Notes under the pieces: generated by a model
The model's database searches: none
Told to the model about the DNA's origin: nothing
What the model saw: only the letters and a program-made list of their open reading frames with translations
DNA from: Elusimicrobiota bacterium
GTDB lineage: Bacteria > Elusimicrobiota > Elusimicrobia > F11
Reading direction: 5' to 3'
Assembly: GCA_044221725.1 (NCBI GenBank)
Contig: JBGAON010000002.1
Coordinates: 96,001 to 160,000, forward strand
Length of the DNA: 64,000 nucleotides
Shown here: positions 37,394 to 47,381 of the stretch, piece by piece
Layout of the letters: each line of letters opens with the position of its first letter
Position numbering within the stretch: position 1 is the stretch's first letter
Program-made: the position numbers and the translations under genes

Positions 37394-38252
37394 TCCTGTC
37401 ATCATTGCCCAGCTCGGCAATCTCGAGCTGCGAGCTCGCCGGATTTTGGACGGCTTTTACGCCGGCCATCACGTAAACAAAAATCGCGGTCACGCTCAGG
37501 ATTTTTCCGAGCACCGTCCCTACAACCCCGGAGACGACCCTCGTTCCCTCGATTGGAAGGTGTTTGGTCGCACGGACCGCCTGGTCATCAAGCAATACGA
37601 AGAGCAAACCAATATTCAAGCGATGGTGCTGTTGGACGCATCGCTCTCAATGAATTTTTCATTCGCTGGACGCGTCACGAAGCTCGATTACGCGAAGACG
37701 CTGGCCGCGGCCCTCGGATATCTCGTTGTGTCTCAAAACGACGCGGTCGGCTTGGTCGCGCCCGGGGAGATGGTGCCGGCCGGCACGCAATTTGGGCATT
37801 TGAGTCGCTACTATTCGACGCTTGAGGCGTTGCAGCCGCACGGCGTTTGGAATCCGGCCGAGGCAACACAAAACCTGCAACAAAGCACGCGCAAACGCGG
37901 GTTTGTCATTGTGTTGTCCGATCTGATGACCGACGAAGACAAAATGATTTCCACACTGAGGATGCTCAGTGCACGGAAAAACGAAGTGCTCGTTTTCCAA
38001 ATTCTCGATCCGGCCGAGATCGATCTTCCGTTCGAGGGGCCCGTGCTGTTCGAAGATATGGAATCGGGCGAACAGCTGAAAACGGAAGCGGGTTCGATTC
38101 GCACCACCTACAACGCGTGGGTTCGCGAGAAATTGTCGTCGATCGCGAACGTTCTGCGAACATCCGGCATCGATTCGTTGACGATCACGACCAACACGCC
38201 GTTCGACAAAGGCTTGGGTGCTTATCTTTCGTGGCGGCGGGGAAATCTATGA
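37380..38252 (+). CDS. DUF58 (VWA-like) protein
   Basis: FSEHRPYNPGDDPRSLDWK, LLDASLSM, VLSDL; canonical MoxR partner. Confidence 0.92.
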   Translation: MSLLDPVIIAQLGNLELRARRILDGFYAGHHVNKNRGHAQDFSEHRPYNPGDDPRSLDWKVFGRTDRLVIKQYEEQTNIQAMVLLDASLSMNFSFAGRVTKLDYAKTLAAALGYLVVSQNDAVGLVAPGEMVPAGTQFGHLSRYYSTLEALQPHGVWNPAEATQNLQQSTRKRGFVIVLSDLMTDEDKMISTLRMLSARKNEVLVFQILDPAEIDLPFEGPVLFEDMESGEQLKTEAGSIRTTYNAWVREKLSSIANVLRTSGIDSLTITTNTPFDKGLGAYLSWRRGNL

Positions 38253-40312
38253 GTTTTTTGAATCCACTTATTTTGTGGATTCTGCCAGCGGCTGGTGTCC
38301 CTATTCTTTTGCATTTGTTGAACAAGCGACCGCCCAAAAAAATTCGTTTCTCGCATATCGGTTGGCTCAAAGCGGTCCACAAAACGACGATGCCAAAGAA
38401 AAAACTGCACGAGATGCTGCTGCTCATCACGCGCACGCTGCTCGTTCTATTTTTGATTTTCGTATTTGCGCGCCCCGTGATTCACAGCGGAACATCGCTC
38501 ACGGGCGGGACATCGAGCGAGTCCATGGTGTTTTTGTTGGACGTGTCGGCATCGATGAGCGCCGTCGAAGCTGGGCGTTCCTCACTCGACTGGACCAAAG
38601 AACGGTTGCAGGCAGCGCTTCGAAAAATTCCAAGCGGCGTTAAGGTCGGCGTTGTTGTGTATTCCGATCAGGTTGAGCAAGAACTTGCGCCAACCGACGA
38701 GCGGTCGCGCGTCACGACGACTCTGCAAAACGCGAAAGAGACGTTGCGCGGAACGGACGTTTTCCCCGCGCTTAAGCTCGGACTTCAAATGCTGGAAAAC
38801 CAACCGAAAGGACAGAAAACGCTCGTTGTTGTGTCCGATTTGGCGCGTCACGGCTGGTTAAACGCCCTCGAAAAATCGAGCGATGTTCAAAACGCGGCGA
38901 CGAATGTTCGCGTGGTTTTGTGGGAGGCGGCCTCGAATGTTCCGAACGCCGGTGTGTCCGAAGCCTCGCTCGGCTTGAGCGAAGAAGGGCTTTTAAGCGG
39001 CGCCGCGCGATTTCATTATTCGGATTCGTTGACGAACGAACCAACCTGGAAACTTCATCTGAACGACCGCGTGGTTGCCCAAGGTGCCTGGAATTCGGTC
39101 GTGACCGGTGGCAATACGTTGGCGCTTCGTGCCCAGTTTCCCGAAGGCGGTTTTTATTCGGGAAGTGTGGAGCTTTCGGCGGACAGCGCACCGTTTGATG
39201 ATGCGTATTATCTCGCGGGAAGAATACCGAAAGGGTTTCGATTGCTGCTGGTGGATGGCGAAAGCGGCTTGGCGCCGGCGGATTCCGAGGTTTATTATTT
39301 GAGATCGGCGCTTGAATCGCCGCGCGATCCTCGCATCGATTCAATTCAGGTGTTGCGACCCGAAGCGCTGGCGTCGGTTCATTTCAATTCCTATGACGCG
39401 ATTGTGCTCGCGAACGTGGCCGGGATTCCGGACGGGGCGGGCAAAGAAGCCGAGCTTTTGAAGTGGATTGAGAACGGCGGCGGGCTTCTCATGACGGCGG
39501 GCTCCAAATGGCCGCACGCTCCGACGGTGCCGTTGCGGTTGTTTCGTTCGATTGAATCAAAAAGCGCCGCAGAAAAGATTTCAGTTCCCGATCCCAAAGA
39601 GCCGTTTTTCAGCGACGTCTCAGGCATCAAAGATTTTGAATGGGGCCAAATTTCCGTTGAAAAACATGTGGCGCTTGAGAAAGAGAACACAGCGACTGTT
39701 TTGTTGACTCTCGCGAGCGGTGATCCGCTGCTGGTGCGCAAGCAGCTTGGGAAAGGTTTCGTGATGTGCTTGACCACCACTCTCGATCGTGCCTGGACAA
39801 ATTTTCCCGCGAAGCCGGTGTTTGCGCCTCTTATGCGAGAGCTCGTGGCGGCGCTCGCCGATCCTCTTCGCGAGCAAACCGTGCTGCAAGGATTCGTTGG
39901 TGTTCCGGTACGCTTCAACGTGCCCGTGGGAGTGAAGAGCGTCAGCGTGGTGGCCCCGAGCGGTGTGGTGAGCGGGGCAAACGTTACCCGCGATGGGGTC
40001 ATGGAATGGCCGGCGCCCACGACTCCCGGTTTGTATAAAGTGAAAACCGACCGCCGCGACACGGATTTTTATTTCGCCGTGAACATTCCGCATTTGGATC
40101 AGGAAGGCGATTTGACGCGCTTGTCGGAGAAAGATGCGAGGAAAATTTTCCCGGACACGGCCGTCAATTACGTCGCCGGCGGTACGGACCGGACTCAGTT
40201 GCTTTTGAACGCGCTCCAAGGAAAGGACATGACAAACCCGCTGCTGGCCAGTTTGTTTGTGCTGTTTGGTCTTGAGACCCTATTGGGATTCGCAAGAAGG
40301 ACAAATGAATAG
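38249..40312 (+). CDS. BatA N-terminal domain + VWA domain membrane protein
   Basis: MSFLNP...VPILLHLL...FARP (BatA); MIDAS LLDVSASM...T...VVSD; GATase-like segment; C-terminal TM; ATG 38249 overlaps the DUF58 stop. Confidence 0.85.
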   Translation: MSFLNPLILWILPAAGVPILLHLLNKRPPKKIRFSHIGWLKAVHKTTMPKKKLHEMLLLITRTLLVLFLIFVFARPVIHSGTSLTGGTSSESMVFLLDVSASMSAVEAGRSSLDWTKERLQAALRKIPSGVKVGVVVYSDQVEQELAPTDERSRVTTTLQNAKETLRGTDVFPALKLGLQMLENQPKGQKTLVVVSDLARHGWLNALEKSSDVQNAATNVRVVLWEAASNVPNAGVSEASLGLSEEGLLSGAARFHYSDSLTNEPTWKLHLNDRVVAQGAWNSVVTGGNTLALRAQFPEGGFYSGSVELSADSAPFDDAYYLAGRIPKGFRLLLVDGESGLAPADSEVYYLRSALESPRDPRIDSIQVLRPEALASVHFNSYDAIVLANVAGIPDGAGKEAELLKWIENGGGLLMTAGSKWPHAPTVPLRLFRSIESKSAAEKISVPDPKEPFFSDVSGIKDFEWGQISVEKHVALEKENTATVLLTLASGDPLLVRKQLGKGFVMCLTTTLDRAWTNFPAKPVFAPLMRELVAALADPLREQTVLQGFVGVPVRFNVPVGVKSVSVVAPSGVVSGANVTRDGVMEWPAPTTPGLYKVKTDRRDTDFYFAVNIPHLDQEGDLTRLSEKDARKIFPDTAVNYVAGGTDRTQLLLNALQGKDMTNPLLASLFVLFGLETLLGFARRTNE

Positions 40313-41153
40313 CAGTCGAAATCCACTTCGGCGCCTCCGCGCAGACGGTACCATCATTAGGAGATCAACGTGGCGTGGTACCGCCTGCGCGGGGGCGACG
40401 GTGTTCCTCCTCTCAGTAGCGTCACTTTTCGCTGGGTCGGGGAACAAATTCGTTTACGCCCAGCTCCGTTACGACGGGGCCTGGGATCCGTACCCGGCGG
40501 TGCACGAGCGTATTTTTGAAATGGTCCGTACGATGACGAACATTCCGTTCGCGGCGGAACGGCGCGTTGTGACGCTCGATAGCCCGGCGTTGTTCGAGTC
40601 CCCGTTCTTAATTATCAAGGGCAATTCGGAGTTCCGCGCCACGCGTGAGCAAACACTTCATTTAAAGGAATACATCGACCGCGGCGGATTTGTGTTTATC
40701 GACGATACGTTGGCGGACCCCAAAGGTCCGTTCGCAAATTCAATTCGGAATCTCATGCTGGAGCTTTATCCCGATCGAACGTTTCAAAAGATTCCAGCCG
40801 ATCATGCGCTGTTTCGTTCATTTTTTCTTTTGCGCAGTGTCGCCGGGCGTCGCATCGCTGAGAAATATTTGGAAGGGCTCGACGTGAGCGCCTCGCTCGA
40901 CAAAAACGCGCTCACGAGCGAAGGCTTGCTCGGTGAAGGACGAACGGCCGTTGTTTATTGCCCGAACGATCTGTTGGGCGCCTGGGTCAAAGACAATTTG
41001 GGCCAGTACCGATTTAGCTGCGAACCGGGTGGCGAAGCGCAGCGATGGGAATCCTTCAAACTCACGATCAACATCATTTATTTCAGTCTGACCGGCACTT
41101 ACAAACGCGATGCGATTCATCAACCGTTCATCGAGATGAAGTTGGGCTCATGA
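40305..41153 (+). CDS. DUF4159 domain protein
   Basis: SPFL, LKEYIDRGGFVFIDD, IPADHALFRSFF, NDLLGAW, INIIYFSLTGTYKRD; start uncertain. Confidence 0.8.
   Translation: MNSSRNPLRRLRADGTIIRRSTWRGTACAGATVFLLSVASLFAGSGNKFVYAQLRYDGAWDPYPAVHERIFEMVRTMTNIPFAAERRVVTLDSPALFESPFLIIKGNSEFRATREQTLHLKEYIDRGGFVFIDDTLADPKGPFANSIRNLMLELYPDRTFQKIPADHALFRSFFLLRSVAGRRIAEKYLEGLDVSASLDKNALTSEGLLGEGRTAVVYCPNDLLGAWVKDNLGQYRFSCEPGGEAQRWESFKLTINIIYFSLTGTYKRDAIHQPFIEMKLGS
40329..40400. repeat. Palindromic repeat family A, copy 1 (inside CDS)
   Basis: 25-nt arms CGGCGCCTCCGCGCAGACGGTACCA / TGGTACCGCCTGCGCGGGGGCGACG (3 differences). Confidence 0.8.
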
Positions 41154-43219
41154 CAAACCGATACTCTTTGATTTTTCGATTGGTCGCGATGATTTTGTTG
41201 ATCATTCTTGCGTCCAAGCCGGTGATGGTGCGGCCGGAGGCACGGTTGCCGACGAATTGGGCGGTATTGATCGACGCGTCGGCCAGTATGCGTGTCAAAG
41301 ATCCGATCGAACGGTTGGACCGCGTGAAGCGCTCCGTGCATGAACTTCTTAAGAAAGCGAACGGAATGTCTCTCTTTAAATTTTCTGACACCGCCGAACG
41401 CTTAAAGAACGATGACGTGGAATCGTTAAAACCTGTTGGAAAATTAAGTGACATGGCGAATGCGCTGCGCGAGTCATTATCGGGCCGACAATACAAAGGC
41501 GCGATTCTTTTTTCCGACGGACGAGAAGTGGGAAAGGACGATGCGGTCGCGATGGCCGCCTCGTTGGGGCGGCCGCTTTTTCTGGTGGGCGTAGGGGACC
41601 GCGCGCTTTTTAAGGATGTTGCCGTGCGCGCGGTACAAAGTCCGCCATTTGCATTTAAAAATGTGGCGACATCGCTCTCGGCCACGTTGTCGGTTATTGG
41701 TTATCCGGGCACGGATATCAGCGTCACGCTGCGCGAAGGGGACCGTGTGCTCTCCATTCAAAAAATTCGCGTGGAGACCCAAGAAGCCGAAGCGACGGTC
41801 ACGTTTAACTGGACACCAACCTCGGTGGGAACGAAGATTTTAACGGTCGAAGCGGCGCGCTACAGTGGCGAAGTGAGCACGCTCAACAATCAACGCGATG
41901 TCACGCTTGATGTCGGGCGCGACCGGTTTCGAGTTCTTTATATTTGTGGAGAGCCGGGGCCCGAATATGGATTTTTGCGGCATCAGTTTAAAGCCGATCC
42001 GGCGGTCGAACTCGTAACGTTTGTGATTCTTAGGAATGCTTCGAACACCGTGAACATTCCCGAAACCGAATTGTCGCTGATTCCGTTTCCGACGCAGGAC
42101 GTTCTGATTAACCAGATGTCCACGTTCGATCTCGTCGTGTTTGAAGAGTTCTCGTATCAACAATACGGGTTAAGTCCTGCCGTCATATACGCCGTTCGTC
42201 AGAAAGTGCAAGATGGCGGGAGCTTTCTCATCATGGGCGGTCCGACGGCGTTTGGTCCGTACGGGGGGTACATGTTGCCGGGCATTCGAGAGATGATTCC
42301 GGTCGAGTTTGGCGGTAACGATGTGCGCGTGGCGGAGGAGGCGGTCCCGTTTGTGGCAAAAGCGCCGACGCATCCGATTTTGCGAATCGAAGAGAATGTT
42401 GAGCGCAATAAAGATATATGGAGATCCTTACCTCCGCTCGAAGCCGTGACGTTGTTGCCGTCCGCGAAGCCCGGGGCGTCGGTCTTGGGAACGACGAATG
42501 TCGGTGGGAAAGAATATCCGGTGCTCACCGTTTGGAAATTCGGCAAAGGGCGCGTGGGCGCGTTGTCCACGCGCACAACGTGGCGGTGGTCGATGTTGAA
42601 CGGGGGGGCGGCGCGCGTTTCCGACGTCTATCAGCGTTTCTGGAAAAACATGGTGCTCTGGCTGACGCATTCGGACGAGTTCAAATCGGTGCGCGTGGCG
42701 CTTCAGAGCAAGGTTGCCCACATTGACGAGAAACAAACGGTGCGTGTCTGGGTTGTGGATGATTTTTTCAAGCCGTTGGCGGATGTGGACGTTCAACTCC
42801 AGGTCACAGCGCCGAACGGAAACAAAGAAACGTTGAAAACATTTTCGGAAACGGCCGGCGTGTTTGCCGCATCGTTCAAACCAACGATGTTGGGGGCGCA
42901 TCAAATTCAAGCGTGGGTGACCCGCAACGGAAAGAAATTTGGTGCGGATGCGATGACAGCACGGGTTGTTGAGAATCTGTCGGAGGAAGAGGATCTGCGT
43001 CCCAATTTTGAAACGCTAAACGAGCTTGCGCGCGCCACCGGAGGAAAGTTTCTGCCGATTGATCAGTTTACGCCCGCGGCGTTCGACGAGTTTGATCGCG
43101 AATCATCGAAAACGGCGGGCAAGAAAATCCTTGTGTGGAATTCACCGTGGTTCCTGTTGCTTTTGCTGGTCGTGTTCATGAGCGAGTGGTTTTTCCGCAA
43201 GCGAAGGGGACTGCCATGA
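41150..43219 (+). CDS. Membrane protein with VWA-like, Ig-like and glutamine-amidotransferase-like domains
   Basis: LIDASASM, FSDG, ELSLIPFP, GGSFLIMGG, GKGRVGAL...TWRW, SEWFFRKRRGLP; typical member of MoxR/DUF58/DUF4159 operons; start ATG 41150. Confidence 0.75.
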   Translation: MTNRYSLIFRLVAMILLIILASKPVMVRPEARLPTNWAVLIDASASMRVKDPIERLDRVKRSVHELLKKANGMSLFKFSDTAERLKNDDVESLKPVGKLSDMANALRESLSGRQYKGAILFSDGREVGKDDAVAMAASLGRPLFLVGVGDRALFKDVAVRAVQSPPFAFKNVATSLSATLSVIGYPGTDISVTLREGDRVLSIQKIRVETQEAEATVTFNWTPTSVGTKILTVEAARYSGEVSTLNNQRDVTLDVGRDRFRVLYICGEPGPEYGFLRHQFKADPAVELVTFVILRNASNTVNIPETELSLIPFPTQDVLINQMSTFDLVVFEEFSYQQYGLSPAVIYAVRQKVQDGGSFLIMGGPTAFGPYGGYMLPGIREMIPVEFGGNDVRVAEEAVPFVAKAPTHPILRIEENVERNKDIWRSLPPLEAVTLLPSAKPGASVLGTTNVGGKEYPVLTVWKFGKGRVGALSTRTTWRWSMLNGGAARVSDVYQRFWKNMVLWLTHSDEFKSVRVALQSKVAHIDEKQTVRVWVVDDFFKPLADVDVQLQVTAPNGNKETLKTFSETAGVFAASFKPTMLGAHQIQAWVTRNGKKFGADAMTARVVENLSEEEDLRPNFETLNELARATGGKFLPIDQFTPAAFDEFDRESSKTAGKKILVWNSPWFLLLLLVVFMSEWFFRKRRGLP

Positions 43220-45246
43220 GCCGACGCTGGTTATCGCTCGTGCTGTTTCTCGCGATGTTTGGGTTTTACGCGCATTTCGCAGCGCCCAGCGTAACGACCG
43301 GAGACTCCGGTGAATTCATAACGGCGGCGGCGACATTGGCGATTCCACACGCGCCGTCGTTCCCCACGTTCGTGATTTTGGGAAAAAGCTTTTTGACGGC
43401 GGTGCCGTTTGGCTCTTTACCGTACCGCTCCAATATTTTTTCGGCTTTTGTTTCGGCACTTACGCTGGTTGTGCTGCTCGAAATTGTTTTTGGATTGACG
43501 CAAAGTTCCGCACTATCCGTGCTGACGGTCATTCTCACGGGTCTCACGGTCTCGTTCCTCGAAAACAGTTTGGTCACCGAGGTCTTCGCATTGAATACGT
43601 TGTTCGTTGCGCTTCTTGTGCTGGCGGTGCTGCGCCAACAATATACATTCGCGGCCTTTCTGTTGGGACTGGGGCTCGGAAATCATCAGGTGTTGTTGTT
43701 TATTGGCCCGGCGGTTTTGGTTTATTACGTATGGAATGGACTCCCGTTAAAAGAACAATTATCGCGCGACGTGGGACGGGCTGTCGTTTTCTTTGCTCTC
43801 GGAGTTTCAATCTATCTTGTGCTGCCGATTCGCTCGGCCAAAGAACCGCCGCTAAATTGGGGGCAACCAACCACGGTCGCAAAATTCACTCGCACCGTAA
43901 CGCGCAAAGATTACGGCTCGTTGAAGCTGGCGCTCGGAGACGCTCCTGAGCGGAACATGCCGAACACCGTGAAGCACATGCGGAAATTTTTTGAACATCT
44001 CGCGCAAGAAGTACCACTGCCAGCGCTCGTTCTCGGATTTTGGGCGTTCGCTACCGGACTTGCCAAGCGCGATCGCAATCTCATCTTTCTGTTTGTGGCG
44101 TTTCTGTTGGCCGGCCCGTTTTTCTTTTGGCTGGGAAATTTGCCGTTTAACGCTCAGTCGGACGGAATTGTTGGCCGGTTTCTAATTATGCCCGTGGTGC
44201 TATTGCTGCTGGCGGCACCGGCGGCTCTTTTGCGTCGACCGTCCATTGGCGCGGCGATTCTTGCGCTCAGCATAGCGATCGGGGTGCAAGGAAACGTTGC
44301 TCAAGCGGAGGTGACGCGCGATACACGCTTGGTTTTGGATTACGGTCGCGCGATGCTGCGCACGTTGCCACTGGGCGCAACGCTTTTCATGGACGGCGGA
44401 GATGATGCGTTCTATAGTCTCGCGATGTTGCACTACGTGCACGGCGGTCGTCCGGATGTTCGCTTGCACGATCGTGGCGGGCTCGTGTTCAAGAGTCCCT
44501 ATGGAAGTGATTTCCGGTCAATCACAAAAGAGCAAAAGAAACAACGCCGGATTGAAGTCGAGAGCGCCGCGCTCGCGCGCGGACCGGTTTTTTATTCAAC
44601 CATGGATAAAGAGGTCGTGCCCGGCGTACCGCTCGTCCAGCGCGGATTTTTGATGCAAGCCGCCGGTGGCGGTGGCGGTTCCGGGAATTTGTGGCCGGTG
44701 CTTGTTTTGCGATCGTTGTATCCGCTCGAACCGAACAATTACCGGATGCGTGCTCTCGGCGCGTTTTTTCCATTTATGCGGGGCCGTGAATTGTTGCACG
44801 CGAACGAAATCGATGCGTCGCTTCGTTATTTTCAACGCGCGACGCTCATGGGGGCCGACGTCGATTGGTTGAAATCGAATCTTGGTTCGGAATACGCGCT
44901 CACGGCTTACGCGAAACTCGTCGCGAACGATTTCGTGAACGCCGAGAAACTTTATCGTCAATGGATCGCTTTCGAACCGGACAACGTGCAGCCGTGCAGC
45001 AATCTCGGTGTCGTTCTCGAAAAGTCCGGTCGCATAGCCGAAGCGAAAGCGCAGTACGAACAAACAAAAAAGCTTTTTCCAACGGCTGCCGATCCGGTGT
45101 TTAATTTGGCCGTGCTAGCGTGGAAAGAAAATGACTGGCCAACCGTTGTGTCAAATCTCGAAGAAGTTCTGCGCCGCAAGCCGGACCATGCGCAAGCCGC
45201 TGGGTATTTGCGCATCGCGCACGAAAGGATGGGCAAACGTGGATGA
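43216..45246 (+). CDS. DUF2723 (TMEM260-like) GT-C glycosyltransferase with C-terminal TPRs, copy 1
   Basis: APSVTTGDSGEFITAA...IPHAPSFP, EVFALN, GLGLGNH, YLVLPIRS...LNWG; about 11 TM; TPR tail. Confidence 0.8.
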   Translation: MSRRWLSLVLFLAMFGFYAHFAAPSVTTGDSGEFITAAATLAIPHAPSFPTFVILGKSFLTAVPFGSLPYRSNIFSAFVSALTLVVLLEIVFGLTQSSALSVLTVILTGLTVSFLENSLVTEVFALNTLFVALLVLAVLRQQYTFAAFLLGLGLGNHQVLLFIGPAVLVYYVWNGLPLKEQLSRDVGRAVVFFALGVSIYLVLPIRSAKEPPLNWGQPTTVAKFTRTVTRKDYGSLKLALGDAPERNMPNTVKHMRKFFEHLAQEVPLPALVLGFWAFATGLAKRDRNLIFLFVAFLLAGPFFFWLGNLPFNAQSDGIVGRFLIMPVVLLLLAAPAALLRRPSIGAAILALSIAIGVQGNVAQAEVTRDTRLVLDYGRAMLRTLPLGATLFMDGGDDAFYSLAMLHYVHGGRPDVRLHDRGGLVFKSPYGSDFRSITKEQKKQRRIEVESAALARGPVFYSTMDKEVVPGVPLVQRGFLMQAAGGGGGSGNLWPVLVLRSLYPLEPNNYRMRALGAFFPFMRGRELLHANEIDASLRYFQRATLMGADVDWLKSNLGSEYALTAYAKLVANDFVNAEKLYRQWIAFEPDNVQPCSNLGVVLEKSGRIAEAKAQYEQTKKLFPTAADPVFNLAVLAWKENDWPTVVSNLEEVLRRKPDHAQAAGYLRIAHERMGKRG

Positions 45247-47381
45247 TTGAAACAATTGTTTTGTTCATCGGCACGTTTGCGCTGTATCTCCACACCGGCG
45301 CGCCGCAGTTGGCGCCGTACCGCGATGCGGGAGAAATGGTGTCGCTTTTGAGCACGCTCGGGGTGGCACATCCGCCGGGTTATCCGTTGTACACGCTGCT
45401 CGGACGCATATTTCTTTATATTCCGCTCGGGAATCTCATGTTTCGCGCGAACGCGTTCTCGGCGCTTTGTGCGGCGGCGACGATTGTCGTGTTGTATATC
45501 ACGCTGCAGGCGTGGATAAAAAAGACACCGGCGTTTCTCGCGGTTCTTTTTCTCGCGTTTTCGAATCCGTTCTGGGATTTGGCCACCGTTTCCGAAATGT
45601 ACGCGCTCGGCATGGTCGCGTTCGCGACGTTGCTGCTGGTGACGTTTCGTTTAAAAAATCCTGTTCTCTTTGCTTTTCTTATGTCTCTTACGCTCGGTGT
45701 GCGCATGGATATGTTGCTGCTCGTGCCGGTGTTTGTCGCGTGGTACGCGTGGAACGGCGCGCGACGCGAGATTGCGTGGATGATTCCTTTTTTTGCGATC
45801 GGGGCATCGGTCTTTCTTTATCTCATGGTTCGATCGCGAACGGATCCGCTTCTCGATTGGGCTAACCCCGACAATTTGCTCGCCGTGCTCAATTCGGCGC
45901 GCCGAAAGAATTACAGCGGGACGCTGGACTTGCTGTCGCTCTCGTATGCCGCCGGAGAAAATTTCACAATCAATCTACGGTTGTATGGCCAACACGTTGT
46001 GGATTCGTTTGGTTGGTGGGGGGCGCTGTTCGCCGCTGTGGGAACGGGCGTGTTGTTGAAGAAAAATATTCGGGTGGGAATGTTTTTCTTCACAATTTTT
46101 CTTATGACCGGTCCGATCTTTTTGTACCTGGCGAACATGCCGCCGAATCCTCACGCGGTGGCAATCGTTGAAGCGTCATACTTGGTGCCCGATGTGATGG
46201 TGGCCCTTTTCATTGCTTGGGGAATTGACTTCATGTGTCGCCCCGGCGCAGGCGCGGGCCCAGGCGACGTAACCGCGAACGGTAGATTTGCCGACCTTAA
46301 TATCATTGTGAAGCGATACGCCTGCGCGGGGGCGACGGCTCTGCTGCTAACGCTAAATCTGGTGCACGGTTTCCACCGCGCGTCAAAACGTCACAACCTG
46401 TTCGCTCGCGATTACGTTGAAAACGTTTTTCGCAGCATTCCCAAAAATGGTGTCGCCGTTTTTCACAAAGATGTGCAGATCTTTTCGTTGTGGGCGGCAC
46501 AACTGGTTGACCATCGTCGTCCGGACGTTGCGCTGGTGCCCACCGGCCTCTCCGCGAGTTCGTGGTATTGGGATATGAAGCGGCGTTGGAAAACCGCTCC
46601 GTCGCCCGAAATTTCTCTGAAAGACAGTTTTGGTTGGAAGCAATTGGCCAGCGAAGTCTCGTCGCGCGCGTTTGTGGCGGGTTACGATGTGGAATTGCCG
46701 CAAGCCACGGGACTTTCACCGCGACCGTCGGGGCTTTTGATGCGACTCGATACGAGCGATTATGCGGTCTCAAACGCGCTTCACGATATTTGTTTGTACC
46801 GCGGCGAATACAAATACGGCGAGACACCGGATTTTTTCTCGACCGACCTTATTGGTGACACGGCGCGTGCCAACAACCAGATGGGTTTTTATCTCATGCA
46901 AAACGGAAATCCCCAAAAGGCAGACTGGTATTTCCAGCGTGCGGAAACGCTGGACGCGACATTCGCCCGAACCACGAGTGACCGTGCGTATCTCGCATTC
47001 TCTCTTGGCCAGTTGCCGAAAGCGTACGAATTGTTCGCCTCCGCTGCGCGAAAGGCTGATCGCTCCATCCAGTTGACGATGGATTACAAGAGCCTTCCGG
47101 AGGTGGTTGAGAGTTACCGCAATGAGGCGGCCATCATCAACACGCAATGGGGCGCGGTGAGCGAGCGACTCGGCCGCATAGAGGAGGCGCGGCAGCTCTA
47201 TCTGCGCGCATTATCGATCCATGAAGTGGCGCAGGCGCATTACAATTTGGCTGTCTCCTATTGGGGAAAAGACTGGCAGCAGGTGATTGTGCATTTGCAC
47301 CGAGCATTGGAAATAAATCCGCAAATGGCGGAGGCGCGAACGTTTTTAACGAAAGCGTTGGCGGTGGTGGGAAAACATTGA
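45243..47381 (+). CDS. DUF2723 (TMEM260-like) GT-C glycosyltransferase with C-terminal TPRs, copy 2
   Basis: RDAGEM...LGVAHPPGYPLYTLLG, SEMYAL, YLMVRS...LDWANP; TPR tail. Confidence 0.8.
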   Translation: MIETIVLFIGTFALYLHTGAPQLAPYRDAGEMVSLLSTLGVAHPPGYPLYTLLGRIFLYIPLGNLMFRANAFSALCAAATIVVLYITLQAWIKKTPAFLAVLFLAFSNPFWDLATVSEMYALGMVAFATLLLVTFRLKNPVLFAFLMSLTLGVRMDMLLLVPVFVAWYAWNGARREIAWMIPFFAIGASVFLYLMVRSRTDPLLDWANPDNLLAVLNSARRKNYSGTLDLLSLSYAAGENFTINLRLYGQHVVDSFGWWGALFAAVGTGVLLKKNIRVGMFFFTIFLMTGPIFLYLANMPPNPHAVAIVEASYLVPDVMVALFIAWGIDFMCRPGAGAGPGDVTANGRFADLNIIVKRYACAGATALLLTLNLVHGFHRASKRHNLFARDYVENVFRSIPKNGVAVFHKDVQIFSLWAAQLVDHRRPDVALVPTGLSASSWYWDMKRRWKTAPSPEISLKDSFGWKQLASEVSSRAFVAGYDVELPQATGLSPRPSGLLMRLDTSDYAVSNALHDICLYRGEYKYGETPDFFSTDLIGDTARANNQMGFYLMQNGNPQKADWYFQRAETLDATFARTTSDRAYLAFSLGQLPKAYELFASAARKADRSIQLTMDYKSLPEVVESYRNEAAIINTQWGAVSERLGRIEEARQLYLRALSIHEVAQAHYNLAVSYWGKDWQQVIVHLHRALEINPQMAEARTFLTKALAVVGKH
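46237..46337. repeat. Palindromic repeat family A, copy 2 (inside CDS)
   Basis: Arms GTCGCCCCGGCGCAGGCG (46237-46254) / CGCCTGCGCGGGGGCGAC (46319-46336), 17/18 complementary. Confidence 0.8.

Noticed and set aside
37847..38248. Long N-terminal extensions in the ORF track (also at 4416, 16630, 22297, 26600, 41045, 43135, 47261)
   Set aside because: They overlap upstream genes or promoters; family-typical N-termini begin at later starts, most of them overlapping or just after the previous stop.
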